39,028 nucleotides of DNA from Spirogloea muscicola (Eukaryota): the NCBI GenBank assembly GCA_009602725.1, contig WELB01000015.1, positions 48,985-88,012 on the forward strand. Direction: 5' to 3'. Shown here one piece after another: positions 1 through 11,200 of this stretch. Position numbers and translations under genes: made by a program. Under the pieces are notes generated by a model. That model was not told the DNA's origin. It saw only the letters and a program-made list of their open reading frames with translations, and searched no databases. How positions within the stretch are numbered: the first letter of the stretch is position 1; each line of letters starts with the position of its first letter.

Positions 1-89
1 AAGCCCCGGCCGCCATTACGAGCGAGACGCGGCGGCGGCAGAAGTAGCGGCGGCGGCGGCGGCGGCGGCGTCGGGCGCGGTGGGCGGCG

Positions 90-1363
90 ATGAGCGCCAT
101 CAACGTGACCAACGTGGCGGTGCTGGACAACCCCGCCGGCTTCCAGCGCGAGTTCCAGTTCGAGATCTCCTACGAGTGCCTCCGAGACCTCAAGGAAGGT
201 CCGCCATGGCCGCCGCCGCCGCCGCCGCCGCCGCCGTGAGCGCCGGGCTGCCGCCGCTCCGCCCGCCGCGCTCTCGCTGACGGCGGCAGCAGCTGCGGGC
301 GCTGGCTGTGGTGGCGGCGGCAGACCTGGAGTGGAAGCTCATCTACGTGGGGTCCGCGGAGAGCGAGAGCTACGACCAGGTGCTGGAGAGCGTGCTCGTG
401 GGCCCCGTGCAGACCGGCAGCTTCCGCTTCGTCTTCCAGGTCATGGCCGCCCACTTTATTCGGTGCCGCGAGACTCTGAAAGGACACAGAATACACAACC
501 AAATTGGTCCCAAAGAGATATGAAGTGACTTGGAGAGATATTAGAAAGAATTTCTGTAAGACAACTTATTAGAAAAAGCAAGGCTTACAATGTAAAAGAG
601 GAAGACCGGCACCGGCAATCTGGCATATCTCACTCAGCACATGGTGGCGCTTGAGTTCATTGAGCAATTGAGTTACGAGCCATCATTGATCCCCTTGATC
701 AACAGCGAGGCGTTATGATGTTTGTGTACTGAGGATTGCGTCATGACACTGATGTATTGGCGTGAAAGTTGTGAGCTGCCGCAGCTGGCACTCAATCTGG
801 ACGCAGCCCCATATGACACCCATTGTCGTGTTTCTCCATGTTGTTATGCAGGCGGACCCGCCGAACCCCGACAAGATCCCCAACGAGGACCTCATCGGCG
901 TCACCGTGCTGCTGCTCACGTGCTCCTACGTGGGCCAGGAGTTCATCCGCGTCGGCTACTACGTCAACAATGAGTACACCCACGAGCAGGTGCCTGTGAC
1001 TCCACCTCCGCAAGTCCTCTTCTGTGGCAGCAGCGATGTGGACGCTGCTGCTGCTCGTGACGTGGAACTCTCAGCTAGCCGCTGAGGAGTGGCAGTATGG
1101 CTGAGATGCATTCCTGTTGTGGGCGCCGGCAGCTGCGGGAGGAGCCGCCGGCGAAGGTGCGTGTGGAGGAGGTGCAGCGGAACATCCTCGCCGACCAGCC
1201 GCGTGTCACCAAGTTCCCCATCCAGTGGGACCCCATCGCAACGTCGCAGCAGCCCGAGCCTGCAGGCCCACAGCTCGAAGCGGCACCTCCACCGGCGCCA
1301 GCGGTCGCAACGACCGCGGACGCCACTGTCACGCCGTTTGAGGGTGTGGCGAGCGCATGGTGA
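90..1363 (+). CDS. ASF1: Histone H3/H4 chaperone ASF1 (4 exons: 90-198, 324-439, 852-989, 1133-1363)
   Basis: Spliced translation MSAINVTNVAVLDNPA...FQFEISYECL..DLEWKLIYVGSAESESYDQVLESVLVGPV...ADPPNPDKIP..DLIGVTVLLLTCSY..QEFIRVGYYVNNEY...RNILADQPRVTKFPIQWD matches the ASF1 core. GT-AG introns are phase-compatible; TGA stop. Confidence 0.96.
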
Positions 1364-2212
1364 CTTGGACCTTAGCTGATTTACTAAGTACTAACAGCAC
1401 ACGGGGTCTACTTTCACACTGCACTATCGACCATCACTTGCGACTGCCTACTCACACTAGATGCAGTGCCTCGACCGCGCAGCCTGGCAAGTGACGCAAG
1501 CCGTAGTTCTGCCGCTGGGCTGGCCCCTCACACTGTGTCAGCGTCCTGTCCGCTAGGCACAAGTGTGCAACTTTGCAATCACTGTGCAAGATACAATTAC
1601 CTTCCTCCTAGATGAGAGTCCTGCAACACTTGGCCTGATGACTGACAGCAGCCCAGCAGTTAGACATCTGATCTCACTGGAGTGCGACGGGAGTCCGGCT
1701 CTAGTATCCCTACAATCTGAGTCTAGCATTGAGCAATTAGCATCGCTGGGGAATTTGATCAGCCTGCATCACGTCGAATGTAGCCACCTAAGCTTCGCCT
1801 GGAGATACGTAACAGTACGAAGTGCAGACGTATTGCAGGACTCCCACCTGCTGCATATGCAACTACGATTGCAGGAGCAGAACTGAATAAGGAGCAGCAG
1901 GAGAATGCACAAGCTTGAGTTTGCCAATGCTACTGATACCCTTCCCATTTCATTGTCAAGTGTCCTAAGCCGCTGGCCCTGTGTGTCACACCAGAAGGCG
2001 AGCAATGGAGTCACAAACCAGAACTAAGGCGCCTTTGGCACCTTCGTTCCAGGAGACCGCTACTCTGAGAGCAGGCGCTGCTCTATGAGCGGCACCGGCC
2101 AAGTATCATATGTCAAGGCACTCTTGTGCATCAGGAGAATGGTATACGACTAGTCAGGGTTGCCAAGCTTCAGCTTCAAGGCTGTCGGATTTTGCGGCAG
2201 CGTGACTAGAGG

Positions 2213-5200
2213 CTATCTGTAGCCGTCCTCGTAGCCGAAGCTTCGGCGTGGCGACCGATTCCCTTGCGGAGGGTCGACATCGCCATGGGGGGCCTGCAGA
2301 GGGCTCAGCTTGATTGCGTCGGTGTAATGGAGACCGCCCGCAGCTGCGAAAGGCGTATAATTGTTGCCACCTCCGCCGTTGCCTTTGTTGCCACCTCCGC
2401 CACTGCCGATGCCATCGTCAATGCCGTAGTACAACGGGAGGCCATAGCTCCAGAGCCCGTTGCTGTCCCGCTGGGGGCTGCCCAGTGGCATCTGGTGGTG
2501 ACTTAACAGCGGGCTCCCGCCTTGACCGCCGTTGCCCATGCGCTGCGGGCTGACCAGTGGGCTGTAGGCCCCGCCCGCAGCGGCAGCGGCGCTGAGTATG
2601 GGCCCGGGGCTGGATGGTGCAGCCTGCCGCGGACTGAGCTGCAGCATCGATGCTGCCGCGGCGGCCACTGCGGCTGCACCATTGTCAGGCGGCTGCTGGA
2701 AGGGTGGCGGCGTGCCTCGGCGGGCCACACCGTTGCCGCCGCCAGCACTGCTGGCGGCCATGACCAGCGGCGAGCTGGAGTTGCTGCTGAGCAAGAGGCT
2801 GCCGCCCACAGTGCGGGCGCTGCCGGCGCTTCCAGTGGCAGACCGCGCCTGCTGCCGGTGGTTGGCCACTTGGAGCGGCGCCAACGCCGCCGCCCGCTGG
2901 ACTGCCTGCCTCCGCTGCGGCCGTGGCCGTGGGACCAGCTCCCTGAATCATCACAACACCCAAATCACCATCATAAGAGAACAATGATGGGAAGCGCGTA
3001 CAATCGGCCAGGCTTCGAGGGCGACGAGCCAGCGGGCTGCCAATCCTTGCATGCTACGGGGTTCACAGTGATCAAAGCAGGACGAGGGGGCACTGCGGCT
3101 CGTCAACATCAGCAGCGACAACGAGAAAGACAGCAAGTGCGTGGCTCCGTGCACGGCATCAAATTGTGTATAGGCTGAGCACGTGCTACTAAATTAAAGT
3201 CACAGCCTTGAATCTAGGCCGTTGAGCCGAACCTATAAAGCCTGACTTCTGACCAAGCTCGGTGCTTGAAGCACAAGTGCAGGGAGAAGAGCTCATGCAG
3301 GCTCACCCAGAATTCTCCACGTGGTTGCGCAGCGCAATGACAGATGGGGACTTCGTCGCGTCGGCCACCGAGTTGATGTCGGGAGCGGCATTGCGCACAA
3401 ACGGGTGGTCCAGCAGCGCAGCGGCGCTGGGCCGGTCCTGCGAGCGCCGCTGAAGGCAGGCCTGCACGAAGTCGTGACCTTCCAGCGAAAGGTCGTCTGG
3501 GATTGCCGGCAGGTCCTTGCTGTTGCTGATCTTGAACATCACTGCGACCTGGCCAGCCAGAAGGACGCAGCACCGACAGCAAACTGAAGGTGAGGCACGC
3601 CTCCAGAGCTTTAATGACAAGCGCCAAGTGCTACCATCAAGGTCGTTAAGAGATCGAGTTACTGAGGTTCTGGGGTGCTGAGGTTCAGGCACTATCATGG
3701 AATGGATGATCATGAGGGCAATCAGGGCTGCATTGTTGACATACTATTTACTTATGGAGTCCCTGTCAGAGCACGAATCCACAGCCAGGCTGCCGGCAAG
3801 CTCTGACTTTGACCCTGTGCTATGCTGCTGAGCTCAGGCCAACGGGACTCGAGCACCAGCCATGCATGCAGCTGGGAGAAGATGCAGCTGAGGGCACGGG
3901 CACAAGCAGTAGCAGGCAGTGCAGAGTCGCTGCGGTGGTCATGAGGCTGCTCACCACTTCCAGGTCGCTCCAGGGGGGCTTCCCGGCCGCCATTTCCAGC
4001 ACTGTGCAGCCGAGGCTCCAGATGTCGACCGCGAGGTCGTACCCAGTCTCCGAGCCGCGGATTGCCTGCGGGCACCCACTCAAGCTTCGCTCCTGATGGC
4101 CCTGACCAGCTTGGGCACGGGCTCAAGCAGACTCTGTACTCGGAGAAAGCGAAGCTTAGTGAAGGCGGACATGATAATTGGCACGCTGCTCACCTCAGGC
4201 GCCATCCAGTAGGGGCTACCTTTGCCTAGTGACTTCGTGCGCGGCCCCTCCAGCTGCAAGTTCCATGGGCACACGCAGAAGCTCAGTAAACGTCTTCCAA
4301 ACCTTCCATTAGTGCAGGGCCCGCTTGCTGATCAGCCCTCTCTGTGCGTTGCATTACAACTGCACTCTGCAGACGGGCTTGCACCGGACGATTGGCCGGT
4401 TGCCGGCGCCGGACGTGTCCTGCTTCCCGCTGTGAGTTCTTCGGTGCAAGGAGAGACGAAGGTGGCAGGCGGAAGGAAGTGCAACGGCGCTCACGTGCTT
4501 AGCCATGCCAAAGTCGGCAAGCTTCACATGCCCATGTGTGTCCACCAGGATGTTCGCGCCCTTGATATCCCTGCAAAAAGGTGGCGGCGAGCATCGGCTG
4601 CTTCAGGTCTGCGGCAACGTCTCACCCACGAGCTTTGCTTATACCACCGAGCATAAGAAGTGGCAGAGGCGGCAAGACCCTTGTGGCAGAAGAGGCGGCA
4701 GGTCAGACCGGTGGACGGTGTTCTTGTTGTGGAGGTACGCGAGGCCGCCGAGGATCTGGCGCGTGTACGTGCGGATGAGCGGCTCGTCGAACTTGCCAAA
4801 CTCCTGCAGCAGCTTGTGGATGGAACCCCCCGGGATGTACTCCAAGAAGATGTAGAGGAAGTCGCCCTCCTGCCGTGTTACACCGCCGCCACAGCCGTCA
4901 GACCACAGATTCTCCGACGCCGGTGGAGAATGTGTTGGCCATAGACGAATCTGGCCATTCCTAATACTGCAGTAAGCGCAGAAACATCTGGATCGACAGA
5001 GGCCTCAGCGTTCTTGATAACATTTCATGTTATGTGCATGTAGATATATAAACAGTTTCAGAGGGGAAAGGGGAGGGGGGGTTAGGAGCACGCGGGCGTG
5101 AGCAGCGCAGTCGTAGTGGCGGCGACAAGAGATGGCAACCACAGGGTACTTGGCAGCAAACCTGCGGCACAGCGCACCTAACTAACACAACTAAGTTGAC

Positions 5201-5868
5201 TAACATAACACGACTCACTTATGTTTTAGCGGAAAGCTCACCGTATCTGTGCCGAGGTACTTGACGATGTTGGGGTGCTCCAGCTGGCTCAGCAGCGCAA
5301 TCTCCTGTGCCGCAGCAGCAGCAGCGCCGCCCCGGCGGCTGCCGGCGGGTCAGCTCCGGCCAAGGTGGCCAGCAATGCAGCGGCGTCGCCGGCAGTGGCG
5401 GCGGACCTGCTTGATCTGCTTGATGCTCTCCGACGCGGTGGCCTGCGTGGCCTCGAGCGGCACCTCCTTGACGGCAAACAGCTGGCCCTGGTCCCTGCGC
5501 ACACCGCCGCAGCCAGCTGAGGCCCACGCCGCCGGAATCTGATAACCGGCAACGGTGCAGTCAACGGCTAAGGCCTCGAGGGAGCGCAGATGGCGCTTGG
5601 GCGGCGAGGCGGCTCACATGTCGTAGCCACGGAAGACGGTGCCGAAGGTGCCGCTGCCAAGCAGCTGGCCCTTGCGCCAGCGGCCCTTGCGGGGGCAGCC
5701 CGAGGGCGAGCTGCCGTCGCCGGACCCGCGACTGCCAGCGCCAGCGAGCCAGAGGTGGGGGGCGGCGGTGTTGAGCGGTGGGATGGCGGGTGCGCTGCCG
5801 AAGCTGCCGCCGCCGACGCCACTGCCGCCGTCGTCGCCCGTTGCAACTCTATCACAAGACCTGTGCAT
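2213..5868 (-). CDS. MEKK-type MAP kinase kinase kinase, YODA/MAPKKK3-5-like (5' end and C-terminal exons uncertain)
   Basis: Exons give [148 protein letters not shown]. All catalytic motifs are intact. Low-complexity S/P/G tail ORF at 2213-2884. Confidence 0.9.
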
Positions 5869-5931
5869 GTTGTTGTTTGAGTGTGAGCAAGTGTTCATCA
5901 AGCATAGAAGATGCTACATCTGGTCCCTTGC

Positions 5932-7920
5932 CTGTGGTGACGCGCTTCTTCTGGCCGCCCGAGATGCCTCTGATCATCTCATTGCCGACGAGCGTGTCGG
6001 CACAAATATCCAGCCCGAGAATTTTCATGATGTAGTCCGTGATAAGAGCCCCACTATCGCCAGAGCTCAACGCAATGCCCTGGCCGCCAGGCACAGTCAA
6101 GGCTGGTCAGGCGCGGTACTATGGGGGACATAAACCGCCAAGTGACCACGCAAGAGAAAGTGCAAACCTGACAAAGTCATGCGTGTCAAGTCATAAGTGC
6201 CGTGCATGCAACCTAGTTGTGCAAGACATTGTGCGAGACCGAAGGCTGATAAGGAGCACGCGATGCAGCTCGGCGGCTACAGCATTCCCGCTGAAAATTG
6301 TCCCGCACCTTCATGACAGCGTCCAGGTCTGGCTCAGGGTGGATGTCCATCCCTTTCTCGCGCTTCATAACCTCCTCAATCAAGTCTGCCATCCACCCCA
6401 GTGCCGCCGCAGCAGCGCAATGTTCATCAAGAATGCCACTTGGGGCAATGTACAAGCATCAAGTCCTCACACGCAAGTGCGAGGCAGCGAGGAGGACACC
6501 AGTATGGGCTTGGAAGCTCACCAGACCGATACTTGGCGCCCTGGACACGGGCAGAGAAGTCAAGCGTCTCGCGCACAGTCAGCGTGCCAATGTGGACGTC
6601 ATTCTGGCTGATGTACGCAGCCGTCCGCTGCGGGATGAACTCAGTAAGATCGTGGCCATTATACGTGATGCGGCCGGTTTTCTGCGGCAGACATTGTTGT
6701 TTGCTGTCAGACAGAGCTCCCGACAGAGCGTGTGCAAGAGACACAGAGCACGGGCCATCTCCAGCGTGCCCATCCTTTAGTACTGCCTGACATTGTCCTT
6801 CTTTGACGCACCGTCTATGTGATTTAGAGGTCACTGGGAGGTGTCGTCATTAGTGCGCACCCGCAGGTCTTGGCTGAGCTTGCCAGCAAGGGCGAGCATG
6901 AGCGTGGTCTTGCCGGCGCCTGGCGGCCCCAGAAGCAGTGTCATTCTGCAACGAAAGTGCATGTGCGAGCACTCTCATCAGCTCCTCATTTCATTTCTAG
7001 CAGCATACAGTCATAGTGAAGTAATTGCAGACTATGATTGCTCTTTCTGGACAACGCTTGCAGCAGTGTGCTCACCTGCCGGGCTTGAGGATGCCGCTGA
7101 GTGAGTGCAGAATTGGGAATGGCTTCTTGCGGCTCGGAAGCAGGTGCATCGCGCCCAGCAGGTCCTGCAACGAGGGACGTGGCGGCGTTGGTGGAGCACT
7201 CTGAGGAGCTGCATGGGCGGCTCTCGTGATAGCTTTGGCAATGCACTAGACGCCGGCCGAGCAAGCGAGCAAGGCGCCTCGGTGGCTCCGGCCTGGGGGC
7301 TCACCTCGAGCATGTTGCGGGGGTAGTTGATGAGCGTTGGCAGCGCACGATTGCCGACGTAGATGTCGGCATCGATCTTGAGGTCCTGGAAGTGGACCTC
7401 CACCGTTGGCAGCTGAATGCCGACCCTGCAGTGAGGCGGCCGCGCAAGAGGGAGGGCAGAGCACTGCGTCAGATCAAGCGCTGAGCTGAGCTGTCTGCAG
7501 CGACACACTGTGAGCTACCACTCAACATGGCTCAGGACATTGCCGCAGATCAGGCACGGGCAGGCAAGCCAGGCGGCGGCGGTAGTGACGGCAGCGGTGC
7601 AGACTGCTCACTTGTTGATGCGGTCGCGCAGGCGCATGAGCAGCCTCTCATTGTCCTGCTCCTTGGTCTGTCAACACGATGACACAAAGGGCGGCACTCA
7701 GTGAGAAGCTGTTCGGCGCCGGGTGGCGCTGCGCATCGGCAGGTGGGCTGTCTGGCGATAAAGGTCACAGCTGCGGCACTGGCTGCGGCAGTGCTCCCAG
7801 CAGTAGCTGGGCTGGTGGGGACGAGAGCGGTGGTGGGCTTGCCTGCAGGGCGTGCTCGACGAGCGCCATGCGCTCCTTGGGCTTGAGCGTGCGCACGTCC
7901 ACCTGCCGGAAGTTCTTCTT
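5932..7920 (-). pseudogene. N-terminal fragment of a full-size ABCG/PDR transporter (8 exons: 7920-7843, 7667-7612, 7425-7305, 7164-7076, 6945-6861, 6681-6522, 6385-6309, 6079-5932); truncated gene, chimera or misjoin
   Basis: [70 protein letters not shown] (Walker A), [81 protein letters not shown] (signature). No Walker B, TMD or NBD2 follows, and no clear first exon. Confidence 0.85.
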
Positions 7921-8244
7921 CTGCGGCGGCGGCGGCGGCGGCAGCGAGAGGCGCCGATAGCTCGTGCGTCAGCGTCAGCGATCAGGCATCCGGGCCATGG
8001 CCCGACCGCTGCGGCCACGAAATCGGAGCAAGGAGCAGCGACGACCACCGGCCAGAACCCCGCAGGCCGCAGCTGCAGTTGGCAAGGCGGAGGCGGCGGC
8101 GGCGGAGGCGGCGGCAGCGGCGGGAGAGGCGGCGGCGACGGCGGGGCGGCGGTGGCGGTGCCGCATCACGGTCTACCGAGGGCTGGTAGCGGCGCGGCGG
8201 TCGCCATTGGCCGGCTCCTCCGGCCGTGAGCAGGGGCCGTGAGC

Positions 8245-11200
8245 ATGGCGGCGGCCGCCGCGCCGGCGGGGCATGCTGGCCCGGGGCCTCCGCCGGACGG
8301 CCTCGGAGCCGTCGCAGGCCCAGTCCCGGGCGCTCTCGCGACGCCGCCGGCCGCGCATGACGGCCTGGCGCTCGAGCTGGCCGGCGCCATGCACGCGGCT
8401 GACGTGCTGGAGGAGATTGGTTACAGCTGCACGGCCAGCGTCCGGCACTGCCGCGACGTCCTGGGGCTCTTCCCCGACCTGGGGGAAGCGGAGATCGCGC
8501 GGCTGGTCGCCATGGTGACGCGCACCCACACCGGCCTGGAGGACGCACACGGCGCCAACGGCATCCTCAGCTCCGCCCTGGCGCTGCACAGCATGCCTGC
8601 CGACGCCGGCATCCTCTCGTCGTGGAACCTCGACGTCCTGCTCGAGACCATCCAGCAGCTTGTGAGTGCCATGGCACGCTTGCCGTCGATGCGGAGGCCT
8701 GTCAGTGGCTGTCACAAGCTGGATGGACGCACCGCAGCGTCTCTGTGGGAGAGGCTTCTCACAGGAGTCACGAAGACGTCTTGTACCTGTGATTGGACCT
8801 TGTCAGCTCAGATTCTCATTGCTCACACTGTGGGAGCTGCAGGCGCCCAATGCAGACTGGGCCCTGGTCGTGCAAGGCTTCGACCACGAGGGCTTTGTGG
8901 TGCCGGATCAGAAGGCCTTTGCCCTGCTTGTCACAATCGTCGTTACTGCCTCTTCGGTAATTTTTCCCTACTCTCTATCCTACTTAGCTGGGCTTGAGAT
9001 TTGCTTCCCTTGCCAGGAGTTCTGCTTTGATTTGGTTGCACGAGATGATTGTCATGTGGCCACGAGTGTCACTACGAGGTGTTCTAATCTTGTAAAGACT
9101 GTCTCAAAGTGCAATGTGATAAGTGCTTTGTGCAGACTGCCTTCCCAGTGATGGCTGTCTGCGGGGGCCTGTGGAAGAATCTTGAGGGCCAACTATCCTT
9201 TCTGAGGCATGCAGTGGCTGCAGCTCCTGATCTTTTCAGCTTCGCAGAGACTCCTCGACGTCAGGTCGATCTTGCCAGCTCCTGCACGAGCGAGGTGGCT
9301 TGTTCTAGCCGAATTCGGTAAAGCGCTAAATCCAGTTGAAAATGAGATGAGGATTAATCTCATGCAGTTGTCTGAGCAAGTCATACCATGTTTGACTGCT
9401 GCAGGCTCCTGTAGAAGGTCTTCACGGACACAAGTCTCCGATTGGGCACCCCCAACCAGGCCTGGTTGTCTGTAGACCTCATTGAGGTTCTCTGCAAGCT
9501 TGCTGAAGCAGGGCATGTAGCTGCTATTCGGGCAATCTTAGACTACCCACTTAAGCACTGCCCAGAAGTCCTCCTTTTGACCCTGGCACAAGTCAAGGTA
9601 CTTATGGTCTGCCTCTCCTGCTGTCCTGCCTGTCTCAATGCAGCAACTGTATATTTTTGTTTTGTGGTCAAAGTGGTGCCCTCTCCAGTATGCGCATATC
9701 AAGCAAGTTCAGACAGTGTTGACATACATCAAGTTGCTCTATAATGAACATTAATAATGACAGCTGGTTAACGGATTGAGTTCTGGCTGCTAGTTGGTCT
9801 TCCCTGTTGACAATTGTCCAGCTGCAATTCAGCAGCTTGCAGTATTGCCGCCTCATAGTGCTGGTGCTAGAAGGCACTGTATTAAAATCATCTATATCAG
9901 AGAATATGTTTTCTTGCCGTTCATGTGCAGACGGCTTGGAATCTGATCCAATCAGATATAATGGCCTATCTGCTCCCAACATACTTGTCAAACAACCCAA
10001 ATTCAAGCACGTTGCTGCATGCTCTTTGGCCTCTCAATCCAGAGGCCATCATACGAGTAATGGTTGAAGTACATGCCAAGGACACAAGTAGCATCTCACG
10101 CCTTCTGGACGTCTGCCAGGATCTTAAGGTGATCTTCTATTGACCTTGTGGTGTCTAAGATGATTGGCAAGGTGCACACAAGTAGTGCCCCAGGGTATAG
10201 CAGGTTCAGTCTTTGCATTTACCTCAATAGTATACTACCCCCCAGTCCCATGTGGCTTGCAAGCTCACACTTGGACGGTTTGTCTGAATTGTTACCTTTT
10301 CTTACTTACTGAGCTTCTGGGATTCGTGACAGGTCCTCACTGTCATGCTGGAATCAGCGCCCTTTCCATTTGCCATTGATCTTGCAGCATTAGCATCCCG
10401 TAGAGAATATCTCAACTTAGAGAAATGGCTCAATGACAGCTTGAAGGTGAACGGAGATGCACTCTATAAGGTGAGACCCACTCTATATGCTGTAATTGCA
10501 CATCCCCTGAATGGCACCTGGTGTTGCACGAGTGGGAGCAGCGCTTGTGAAGCCATGTCACCAGGTCACTATGACTGCTTCTACCAAGGGCAGCAAGAGG
10601 CCCGCCGCTCTGAACCATGTTGCCATGTATCGATGACCTTGCAAATGTTATGGACTGTGTGGTGATGCTGTCAGGCTTGCCTCAACTACATACGGGATAA
10701 GCTCCTGGCTGAATCCCGATCAGATGGTACCGGTCAAAGGAGTGGTCCAAACATCAATCTGTCCCTTGAGACAACAGCTATGCTCTTTAAGGTTTTGAAG
10801 TTCGCCCTGAAAGCCAAGAGATATCCCCTCAACAGATATGGGCGAGGGTGATAGCTTCTAGCACAGGGTTGCATCCTCAGATCAATATTTCACGTATGCA
10901 TTCCCAGGAGTGAAAGACACAAGAGCAGGAACAGATGCCTCACCTCGCGTTCCTCGTCTTGCTGAAGGTATTGCAAGATAGTAGCAATCAGCCTACTTCT
11001 CAAGACCTTGTGGATGATCAGAAGAACTTGCATACAGCTGCTTTGAGAGCCTATCCCAGACTTCAGGCTGTAGGAGTGCCTGAGCAAGGAAACACAGAGT
11101 CGCCCTTTCCCCTTGATATCGAGAATGAGGCGAACTCTTATTTCCAGAAGATATATGTTGGCCAACTCACAATAGACGATGTCATTGACATGCTCAAGCA

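Noticed and set aside
714..752. Intronic C/D-box snoRNA (ATGATG...CTGA...CTGA) in ASF1 intron 2
   Set aside because: Imperfect C box, only ~40 nt and no terminal stem.
1563..2014. ORFs between ASF1 and the kinase
   Set aside because: No homology or convincing splice structure; probably convergent 3' UTR/intergenic sequence.
2264..3178. Long overlapping antisense ORFs in GC-rich exons (also around 7700-8700, 30400-31050, 33700-34500)
   Set aside because: Expected from stop-codon scarcity in very GC-rich, GCC-repeat sequence; the translations are low-complexity.
4900..4960. Double hairpin in a kinase intron as an H/ACA snoRNA or miRNA
   Set aside because: Stems are short and imperfect, and no H or ACA box is correctly placed.
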